From Desulfobacterales bacterium (GTDB lineage Bacteria > Desulfobacterota > UBA8473): DNA of 64,000 nucleotides. The stretch is from assembly GCA_016209225.1 (NCBI GenBank), contig JACQWO010000025.1, forward strand, positions 14,548 to 78,547. Direction: 5' to 3'. The position numbers and the translations under genes were made by a program. Each line of letters opens with the position of its first letter. Position 1 is the first letter of the stretch. The notes under the pieces were generated by a model. That model ran no database searches. It worked only from the letters and a program-made list of their open reading frames with translations, and was not told the origin of the DNA. Shown piece after piece: positions 47,361 to 54,531 of this stretch.

Positions 47361-47663
47361 TTATCCCACTTTGTGGAATTGCTCAAAGTGATGCACCCAA
47401 CATTCCTTAACATATTTTTCCATTCCATGTGGTATTAGGGCTCGTTCCCAAGCCTCACCACAAAATGCAACCAATGCGTCTTGATTTTCCCATGTGGTTA
47501 TTAAAACATACTCATCTTTATCTTGATCCATTACCTTACCAGCCGACAAGGAAACTAATCCTTTTTGTGCTTTTACTAACGGGATAGAAATTTGGTTAAA
47601 ATCATTTTCGAAATCTTCTTTCAATCCTTTATTAATCCTAACTCTAAAAATCCTTACTATCAT
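47361..47663 (-). CDS. Antibiotic biosynthesis monooxygenase (ABM) domain protein
   Basis: MIVRIFRV...AQKGLV...YVLITTWEN. Confidence 0.75.
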   Translation of the reverse strand: MIVRIFRVRINKGLKEDFENDFNQISIPLVKAQKGLVSLSAGKVMDQDKDEYVLITTWENQDALVAFCGEAWERALIPHGMEKYVKECWVHHFEQFHKVG

Positions 47664-47691
47664 TTAATGTCTCCAATCTTGATTGGTGAAT

Positions 47692-47856
47692 TCATCCTAT
47701 ATTTCCAATGAATGGAAAATCCTTAACACTTCTCGCTACATCAAGAATTTTCGTAACAACTGCACGTGCATAAAACTCAGAATCCCTTGTAATATAATCT
47801 GAAATTGATTCAATATCTTCAATGGCTTCTGGGGACCAGACTACTTTATAGGTCAT
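47692..47856 (-). pseudogene. Truncated RelE/ParE toxin
   Basis: MTYKVVWSPEAIEDIESISDYITRDSEFYA...FPFIG then a stop at about 54 aa. Confidence 0.8.
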
Positions 47857-48029
47857 CTGCTGAATCTCTTCTCTACTTCTTCTTGGCTCATCGTTCCCTC
47901 TTTCTCTGCCCTATCGATTCCACGTTGAATCTTCTCGATTACATATAGGTGGTATTGGATATCTTCAAACGTGCAACTATCTGGCAGCTTATCTATTAAT
48001 GATACGGCTTCTTCTTTCGCAGTGTTCAT
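47853..48029 (-). CDS. Antitoxin partner of the RelE/ParE toxin
   Basis: MNTAKEEAVSLIDKLPDSCTFEDIQYHLYVIEKIQRG; AGGAG RBS; ATGA overlap. Confidence 0.8.
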   Translation of the reverse strand: MNTAKEEAVSLIDKLPDSCTFEDIQYHLYVIEKIQRGIDRAEKEGTMSQEEVEKRFSR

Positions 48030-48060
48030 ACTTGTCTCCTTTCTATGATTTTACACATAA

Positions 48061-48182
48061 TGCGGCGCTGAGCGGTGTCCCGAAGGGACATCCGTCTCCT
48101 GTGCCTGGTTCTCCCGGAGCGAAGCGGAGGGCAGGCACAACCGCTCAGCGCCGCATTCCCCCCGAGCGGAGCGAGGGGGGAA
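48061..48182 (-). mobile_element. Gene-less attC mini-cassette, copy C (122 bp)
   Basis: Removing it restores a continuous attC-to-next-cassette junction. Confidence 0.85.
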
Positions 48183-48251
48183 TGTTTTGCATAACTGGCT
48201 GGCAATGGAGCACAGCGGAATTGCCAGCCCGAGTTGATGCGGTTGTTATGC
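48183..48251 (-). other. attC of the aminotransferase cassette
   Basis: GCATAAC-aacc-GCATCAACT..CTGGCAAT...ATTGCCAG..AGTTATGC-aaaac-A|TT. Confidence 0.8.
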
Positions 48252-48253
48252 TT

Positions 48254-49435
48254 TTATTTTAACAAGTTTCTAATTGCATTTCCCAGTTTCCGGATTCCAA
48301 TCTGAATGGTTCCTTCATCTACGCATGAGAAATTAAGTCGCAAAGTTCGTGTTCTCATCTTCTTGACATAAAAAGGATCACCCGGCACGAATACAACATT
48401 GTCTTTCACTGCCAGATCAAATAAATCAAGTGATGCTACATTTTGCGGTAATTCAGCCCATAAAAACATTCCACCCTCTGGTTTGGTATAAGTTACACTT
48501 GGGGGGAAATAATTTTGTATACTATTCAACATGGCCCGGCATTGATTCCCATATGCCTCTCTGATTCTGCTTATATGTTTATCAATATCATTATCTTTTA
48601 AGTACTGATAAATAATACTCTGCGTAAAATGGCTTGTGTGGAGGTCAGCTGCCTGTTTTGCAATAATAAGTTTCTCCATGATGTGTTTTGGAGTAACAAT
48701 CCACCCTAACCGGAATCCGGGAATAATAGTTTTGGAAAAAGAACCCAACAGTACAGTATTATCCGGTAATAAATCCTTGAAGGACTGTTTGCTTTCACCA
48801 GTAAATCGTAAATCACCATATGCATCATCTTCAATTAATATTATATTGGTTTCTTGGAGTATTTCCGAAACCTCAAGTCTGTTTTCTTGGGAATAGGAAA
48901 TGCCGGACGGATTTTGGAAATTTGGAACTGTATACATCAGTTTTGGTTTATGAGAGGATATTATTTTCCGCAGTCTCTGTGTATCCATTCCTTCTTCGGA
49001 GACCGGAACAGGGAAAAACTCCGGTCTGTATATTGAAAATGCCTGGATAGCTCCCAAATAGCCGGGTTCTTCTATTATCACACCATTGCCGTCGTTAAGA
49101 AGAATTTTTCCCAGAAGATCTAATCCTTGCTGAGAACCGCTTGTAATCAGTATGTTTTCTACAGGTATATCAAGATTTTTCGTTTGATGATACCGCTCTG
49201 CGATATATTCTCTCAATTTCAGATAACCTTCTGAATTGCTATATTGGAAAATATCCTTCCCATGCATACTAAATACCTTATTTGTCGCCTTCTTAATTTC
49301 CTCAGCGGGGAAAAGCTCTCTGTTGGGAAGTCCGCCAGCAAAAGAAATCACTGCAGGATCCAAAGCAACCTTGAGTATTTCACGAATGAATGAACGTGGA
49401 ACGTCCGTAATTCTATCAGAAAATATGCTATCCAT
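48254..49435 (-). CDS. PLP-dependent class I/II aminotransferase (LysN/MocR-like)
   Basis: ISFAGGLP, NFQNPSG, EDDAY, GSFSKTIIPGFRLGW; alternative start at 49450. Confidence 0.92.
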   Translation of the reverse strand: MDSIFSDRITDVPRSFIREILKVALDPAVISFAGGLPNRELFPAEEIKKATNKVFSMHGKDIFQYSNSEGYLKLREYIAERYHQTKNLDIPVENILITSGSQQGLDLLGKILLNDGNGVIIEEPGYLGAIQAFSIYRPEFFPVPVSEEGMDTQRLRKIISSHKPKLMYTVPNFQNPSGISYSQENRLEVSEILQETNIILIEDDAYGDLRFTGESKQSFKDLLPDNTVLLGSFSKTIIPGFRLGWIVTPKHIMEKLIIAKQAADLHTSHFTQSIIYQYLKDNDIDKHISRIREAYGNQCRAMLNSIQNYFPPSVTYTKPEGGMFLWAELPQNVASLDLFDLAVKDNVVFVPGDPFYVKKMRTRTLRLNFSCVDEGTIQIGIRKLGNAIRNLLK

Positions 49436-49467
49436 ATTATTTTCCTTCATGTTTCCTATTTGCATAA

Positions 49468-49596
49468 TGCGGCAGTTGAGCAGTGCCCGAAGGGCATCTG
49501 TCTCGAACTCCTGGTTCTCCCCGCAGCGGAGCGAAGGGGAAATCAGGAGTTCGCTGCTCAACTGCCGCATTCTCCCCGAGCGAAGCGAGGGGAGAA
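49468..49596 (-). mobile_element. Gene-less attC mini-cassette, divergent copy D (129 bp)
   Basis: Same architecture as B and C with compensatory changes in the stems. Confidence 0.85.
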
Positions 49597-49650
49597 CGCC
49601 TGAATTAAGCCGCGCCGCGAAGCGGCGTCGGCTTGAATGAATTGTTAGGC
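49591..49650 (-). other. attC of the aadA type
   Basis: GCCTAACAATTCATTCAAGCCGACGCCGCTTCGCGGCGCGGCTTAATTCAGGCG|TT. Confidence 0.92.
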
Positions 49651-49787
49651 CTGCCTGAGACAGGCCTTTCTGTTGATTGCACGGATAACCAGACCATAAG
49701 AAATGAATTCAGGCGCAATCACATCTTGACGAGCCACCAGCTGTTGCGCGGCACAGCCGTTGACGATCCGCCGGATGCGCCAACGCA

Positions 49788-50534
49788 TCACCGCGGCATC
49801 AGCGCGAACACACCCCAGCCCAGGTATTCACGCGTGTAAGCGGCGTAGCGCTCGGGTTCCGAGGTCAGTTTGGCTCGAACATCTTTCGCGAACTCGTCGT
49901 CAGGATTGGCTTCAAGCCATCGGCGCATGGTGAGCCATTTGGTCGCCTCGTATCTGTCCCAGCCGTCTTGGTCAGCCAGAACCATTTCAACGACGTCGTA
50001 GCCAAGGTGGCCGAAAGACGCGAGAAGTTCTGGAAGCATGAGAAAATCGGAGATTGAGTTGGCAAGACACCCCTTGGCAACATCTTCCGTCGGCGGTAAC
50101 TGCCGCCAGTAGGGCTCGCCGATGAGGATGATCCCTCCGGTGCGCAGGCTCCGCGTCAGAAGCTCGATAGTGCCGATGACTCCCCCGGCGATCCAAGTGG
50201 CACCGACACAGGCTGCCACACTGGCCTTCTCGTCAGAGACATAGCCGGAAGCATCGCCATGGATGAACTTGACTTGATCGGCGACGCCGAGTTCTACAGC
50301 ACGGAGTTTCGCTTGCTCGGTGAACAACTGGCTCATGTCGATGCCGGTGCCGATGACGCCGTGATCGCGTGCCCAGGTGCACAGCATCTCCCCCGAACCG
50401 CTGCCGAGGTCGAGCACTCGGGCCCCCGATTCCAGACGCAGCGCCGCGCCGAGAGTGGCGAGCTTTTCGGGTGTGATCGGGTTGTGGATGCGGTGAGCAC
50501 TTTCAGTGATGTTGAATATCCGTGGGATGTCCAT
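49788..50534 (-). CDS. Class I SAM-dependent methyltransferase, YjhP-like
   Basis: MDIPRIF..ESAHRIHNP, VLDLGSGSGEMLCTWARDHG; visibly GC-rich. Confidence 0.9.
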   Translation of the reverse strand: MDIPRIFNITESAHRIHNPITPEKLATLGAALRLESGARVLDLGSGSGEMLCTWARDHGVIGTGIDMSQLFTEQAKLRAVELGVADQVKFIHGDASGYVSDEKASVAACVGATWIAGGVIGTIELLTRSLRTGGIILIGEPYWRQLPPTEDVAKGCLANSISDFLMLPELLASFGHLGYDVVEMVLADQDGWDRYEATKWLTMRRWLEANPDDEFAKDVRAKLTSEPERYAAYTREYLGWGVFALMPR

Positions 50535-50575
50535 TGTGAAAAATTTCCTTACGGGTGTGAATAGATTCGGTCATG

Positions 50576-50635
50576 GCCTAACGATTTGAACTCACTGGTG
50601 GCGGGTAGCCATCCAGTGGAGTGATTGGTTGTGTG
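50576..50635 (-). other. attC of the first cassette
   Basis: ACACAAC-caatc-ACTCCACTGG...CCAGTGAGT-tcaaatc-G|TTAGGC. Confidence 0.82.
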
Positions 50636-50642
50636 AGGTGTT

Positions 50643-51083
50643 TCATTTATGTTTAGCAACTTTAAGCAATTTCTCAATATTTGCAATAGCCATATCCGTA
50701 CATTCTTTTACTGTGTTGTTTCCCAAATAGGGGGAATATTTAAAAAGAAACTCTGTCGTCTCCTCTCCTTCATAATCATCTTGTGCATAATAGTTGCGCC
50801 ATGCTTGGTTAAATTCTCTTTTGCGGGGTTCTTCCAAAAAATGTCGGAAGGTAGTTGCGGCAGTCCTATGTTTATTGAAAGCATCGGTGAGCAATTTATG
50901 GGGGTCAACAGTTTTGTTGTAAGTGGGGTTTTCGAGGGTAGAGAGTTCAGAAGCAAAGGCTTCATGCAAGGTATTATAAGCGATATTAAAGCGTTCTTTG
51001 TCTTTATATTTTCTAGTGACGATGCTAGTGATCAATACACCAATCAAGACAGGAAAAATGCCGAGGAGGATTTTTTCAATCAT
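50643..51083 (-). CDS. Hypothetical cassette protein with N-terminal transmembrane helix
   Basis: 146-aa ORF filling the cassette between 51162 and the attC. Confidence 0.7.
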   Translation of the reverse strand: MIEKILLGIFPVLIGVLITSIVTRKYKDKERFNIAYNTLHEAFASELSTLENPTYNKTVDPHKLLTDAFNKHRTAATTFRHFLEEPRKREFNQAWRNYYAQDDYEGEETTEFLFKYSPYLGNNTVKECTDMAIANIEKLLKVAKHK

Positions 51084-51154
51084 ATGTTTTACCCCATTTG
51101 TGCATTTGTTACTATATGGCTGGTGGTAGGATTACCATTTTATTTATTATTCTT

Positions 51155-51235
51155 CACACAACGATGATTATACTGAACCGGTTTATTCCTTCGATTTATG
51201 CTTAACCATAGTATAGTTTAACCAAAGAAACAAAT
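51155..51235 (-). other. attI-like site
   Basis: First cassette starts G|TTGTGTG at 51162, preceded by AT-rich, non-attC sequence. Confidence 0.6.
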
Positions 51236-51336
51236 ATTTTTGTAGAAAAATCTTCTTAACTGCCGTAAATTATCCATTAATATCATATTATACAGAATCC
51301 GTATATCGTAGGCAGGAACTTTATATGAGAGAGAAT
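51236..51336 (+). repeat. Copy of the 5218-5318 region: dif-like site plus the first four codons (MREN) of a deleted gene, probably intI
   Basis: AGAAAAATCTTCTTAACTGCCGTAAAT...GGCAGGA..TTATATGAGAGA shared in inverted orientation. Confidence 0.7.
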
Positions 51337-51339
51337 TTA

Positions 51340-52335
51340 TTAGTATCGATCTGCGCTGCCCAGCACATTTTTGTTCTTTTCAATGATCATCTTCATAAGC
51401 TCATCGCGGGCAGGACCTAAGTATTTGCGCGGGTCAAATTCAGCCGGCTTTTCTTTGAATATTTTCCGGATCATGGCTGTAATAACCAAACGCCCATCGG
51501 AATCTATGTTGATCTTGCAGACAGCAGATCTTGCCGCCTTTCTCAACTGATCCTCGGGAATGCCAACAGCGTCTGCCAGAGCTCCACCATTACTATTGAT
51601 AAGGTCAACGTATTTGAGCAGGACGGAACTGGCTCCGTGCAAAACAATGGGGAAGCCGGGAATTCGCTTTTCGATTTCCTCAAGGATGTCAAAGCGCAGT
51701 GGCGGAGGAGTAAGGATGCATTCTTTGCTGAGGGTGCACTGCTCTGGCTTGAATTTATAAGCGCCATGAGAGGTGCCTATTGAAATTGCAAGAGAGTCAA
51801 CGCCGGTCTTCTTTACAAAGTCTTCAACCTCTTCAGGCTGAGTATAAGTAGACCTGGCTGCAGCTACGTCGTCTTCGATGCCTGCCAGTATACCGAGTTC
51901 TCCCTCAACAGTGACATCGTGCCTGTGGGAGTACTCGACGACCTTCCTGGTCAGTTCGACGTTTTCCTGATAGGACAGGTGGGAGCCGTCGATCATTATT
52001 GAAGAGAATCCGCTTTCAATACAGGAAACACAAAGTTCATAGCTGTCGCCATGGTCCAGGTGAAGAGCGATGGGAATACTGTAGCCAAGCTCACGGGCCA
52101 TTTCCACAGCGCCTTTTCCCATGTTGAGGAGAAGGGTGGCGTTAGCGTAATTGCGGGCGCCCTTAGAGACCTGAAGGATTACCGGGGATCTGGATTGACC
52201 ACACCCGTTGATAATGGCCTGAATCTGCTCCATATTGTTAAAGTTATAAGCAGGGACGGCATATCCGCCATCCATGGCTTTTTTGAACATTTCACGCGTG
52301 TTGACAAAGCCTAGTTCTTTATAGCTGATAGCCAT
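51340..52335 (-). CDS. fba: Class II fructose-bisphosphate aldolase
   Basis: ALHLDHG, IDGSH, EGELG, IGTSHGAYK, VLHGAS, FDPRKYL. Confidence 0.95.
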   Translation of the reverse strand: MAISYKELGFVNTREMFKKAMDGGYAVPAYNFNNMEQIQAIINGCGQSRSPVILQVSKGARNYANATLLLNMGKGAVEMARELGYSIPIALHLDHGDSYELCVSCIESGFSSIMIDGSHLSYQENVELTRKVVEYSHRHDVTVEGELGILAGIEDDVAAARSTYTQPEEVEDFVKKTGVDSLAISIGTSHGAYKFKPEQCTLSKECILTPPPLRFDILEEIEKRIPGFPIVLHGASSVLLKYVDLINSNGGALADAVGIPEDQLRKAARSAVCKINIDSDGRLVITAMIRKIFKEKPAEFDPRKYLGPARDELMKMIIEKNKNVLGSADRY

Positions 52336-52496
52336 GATAACCCTCCTCTCTTTTTTCTGCGTATTATCAAATAAATTTCTTAAAAAATACAATATAACAC
52401 CAAAAATATCAAGGAATTTTACCTGTTTCTGTCAAAAAATTTCCGCTACCAAAAGTTCCTTGACAAAAATGCAATCTATAAGATAAAACATAACTA

Positions 52497-52620
52497 AGTC
52501 AGGAGTCAGAATCCAGAATTCAGAATAGAGATTGGTTAACCTTATGCCTTGAGTCCCAAACAAAACAAGGAAGGATTGTCTTTTTATTCTGACTTCTGAC
52601 TCCTGACTTCTGACTCCTAG
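52497..52620. repeat. Inverted heptamer-repeat hairpin (AGTCAGG/AGTCAGA); partial copy at about 8548-8590
   Basis: AGTCAGGAGTCAGAAT...ATTCTGACTTCTGACTCCTGACT. Confidence 0.7.
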
Positions 52621-52638
52621 ATTATTGAGGTCTATCGG

Positions 52639-53964
52639 ATGAAGCTGACCATAAAGCGAAAGCTGCTCTTTAGTTATATGGCTATGGTTCTATTGACTGT
52701 TCTGGCCAGCACCTATGCTGTAATCAGTTTGCAGAACCTCAATAAGCTGGCATACACCATAATCAATCAGGATTTTATGGCACTTGAAACCAGCAAGGCG
52801 ATGATGGATGCCCTGCTTGCCCAGGAAAGCGCCGAAAAAAAATATCTGATCCTTAAAGACCCATCCCTTGCAGAGATATTCTGGACACGAAGCCAGGGAT
52901 TCAGTAACAGAATGAAGAATCTCAAAAAAAATCGTCTTTACGGTATGACTATTATGCTTTCAAAACTATCATCGCTCCATACTCAATATGATGATCTCTT
53001 CCATCAGGAAATAGCGCTGGTCCAAGAAAATCGTGTTGAGGATGCGTTAAATGTCTCTGAGGGGAATGGCAAAAAATTGATAGATGATATGGCATCGTAT
53101 CTGCGTGGTATCCAGAATAAGGCTGAAAAGGACATTGATACGCGGATGAACCTGATTAAGTCACGGGGCATCGAGGCATCCAGGATGACAGCCATTCTCA
53201 GCGGTATAAGTCTTATTGCAGGATTGTCTCTTGCCTTTCTGATTACCCATAATATTTCCATGCCCCTCAAGAAGCTCGAAAAAGGGACAGGCATGATTGC
53301 CGAAGGACGGTTCGATTATGACCTTACCATTAACCGCCGTGACGAAATAGGCAGCTTAGCCAGCGCCTTTACTTTCATGGCTGGGCGTCTCAAGATACTC
53401 GAGGCACTCAATCTCGATGCGTCTCCTCTGACCCGGCTTCCCGGTAATATAGCGATAGAGAAAGAGATTGAAAAACGACTGTCAGAGAAAAAAAGTTTTT
53501 CCCTCTGCCATGTGGATCTTGATAACTTTAAGCCCTTTGCGGATAAATACGGTTATGCCTGGGCCAGTGAGGTTATCAAAGAAGTCGCCGATATCCTGAC
53601 GAATCAGACAAAGACATCAGTCCAGGAAGATGACTTCATCGGGCATATCGGGGGTGATGATTTTGTTTTTATTTCCGAACCTAAGAGGTCAGAACAGATA
53701 TGTAAACAAGTTGTCTTAGAGTTTGATCGGCATATCTCGAGATTTTACAGCGATAAAGACAGAGAGAAAGGTTTCATTGTCGGGAAGGACAGAAAAGGTG
53801 CTCAGCAAAAATTTCCTCTCCTCACTGTGACGATTGCTATTGTGACCGATGACGGGACCCGTTTTAAAAACCCCCTTGACATGGCAAAGATGGCTGCAGA
53901 GTTAAAGGAATATGGAAAAACATTACCTGGCAGCAACTATGTGAAACTCCCAGAACATGCCTGA
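52639..53964 (+). CDS. Membrane sensor with HAMP and atypical GGDEF (GGDDF) domain
   Basis: Two TM helices, RDEIGSLA, LTRLPGN, DLDNFKPFAD, HIGGDDF. Confidence 0.88.
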   Translation: MKLTIKRKLLFSYMAMVLLTVLASTYAVISLQNLNKLAYTIINQDFMALETSKAMMDALLAQESAEKKYLILKDPSLAEIFWTRSQGFSNRMKNLKKNRLYGMTIMLSKLSSLHTQYDDLFHQEIALVQENRVEDALNVSEGNGKKLIDDMASYLRGIQNKAEKDIDTRMNLIKSRGIEASRMTAILSGISLIAGLSLAFLITHNISMPLKKLEKGTGMIAEGRFDYDLTINRRDEIGSLASAFTFMAGRLKILEALNLDASPLTRLPGNIAIEKEIEKRLSEKKSFSLCHVDLDNFKPFADKYGYAWASEVIKEVADILTNQTKTSVQEDDFIGHIGGDDFVFISEPKRSEQICKQVVLEFDRHISRFYSDKDREKGFIVGKDRKGAQQKFPLLTVTIAIVTDDGTRFKNPLDMAKMAAELKEYGKTLPGSNYVKLPEHA

Positions 53965-54496
53965 TACAAGGAACCATGATATGGATAGAAAAAGATGGTT
54001 TGTCCTTTTCCTAGCAGTTATGTTTTTAACGGCATGCGCTTCTGCTGTGCCAACCTTTCCCGACAGAGATATTCACCCTCCGAAGGGGGTTCCGATAACT
54101 AAAGATAAGACCGTAGTCAAAGATAAGGCCATAGTCGATAGATCGATGTCAGACACGGATCTTTTTCATGACGCTGTTTCATATCTGGGCAACCCTGAGG
54201 TAACGGTTGACTATTTAAGAGCGAGATCGGCATTTGAACTATTAGTAAAAACCTATCCTAAGAGCAAATGGCGCAACCTTTCTGAAACATTTATCAGGAT
54301 CATTGATGACATAAAGGCATACCAGGCAAAGAGTATATCTGATCAATTGTTGCTTGATAAAGCCCAGGCAGATAAGGGCAGGCTTTTTCAGGAGAATGAG
54401 CAGTTAAAGAAAGATAGCGAGCAGTTAAAGAAAGATATCCAGCTTTTGAAGAATCTGGAGATTCAATTAGAAAAAAGGGAGAGGACGCTCCGATAA
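53957..54496 (+). CDS. Lipoprotein with TPR-like helix and coiled coil
   Basis: Lipobox LTAC; overlaps the upstream stop. Confidence 0.75.
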   Translation: MPDTRNHDMDRKRWFVLFLAVMFLTACASAVPTFPDRDIHPPKGVPITKDKTVVKDKAIVDRSMSDTDLFHDAVSYLGNPEVTVDYLRARSAFELLVKTYPKSKWRNLSETFIRIIDDIKAYQAKSISDQLLLDKAQADKGRLFQENEQLKKDSEQLKKDIQLLKNLEIQLEKRERTLR

Positions 54497-54531
54497 ATAG
54501 TTTATCCATGTACCTCGTTCATCTGTACACA

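Larger units (their letters stand above)
44443..51165 (-). mobile_element. Integron gene-cassette array lacking its integrase (CALIN-like)
   Basis: Co-oriented small genes separated by attC sites with matching start/R'' pairs (GTTGTGTG/CACACAAC, GTTAGGC/GCCTAAC, TTATGC/GCATAAC, GTTGGGC/GCCCAAC). Confidence 0.9.

Noticed and set aside
47692..47694. TGA in the RelE-like gene as selenocysteine or read-through
   Set aside because: The sequence beyond is the ABM gene's leader, not a toxin continuation; a deletion is the simpler explanation
46136..48262. Short ORFs containing PVPGSPGAKRRAGTTAQRR or LPERSGGQAQPLS (also at 21739-21995)
   Set aside because: They are translations of the GC-rich palindromic mini-cassette; starts, frames and ends differ between copies
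49436..49570. N-terminal extension of the aminotransferase in the ORF track
   Set aside because: It reads through mini-cassette D; RBS-supported starts lie inside the gene's own cassette (49435 or 49450)
44691..49596. The repeated ~120-bp element as a CRISPR array
   Set aside because: Repeats are too long, are separated by kilobase gene cassettes, and no cas genes are present
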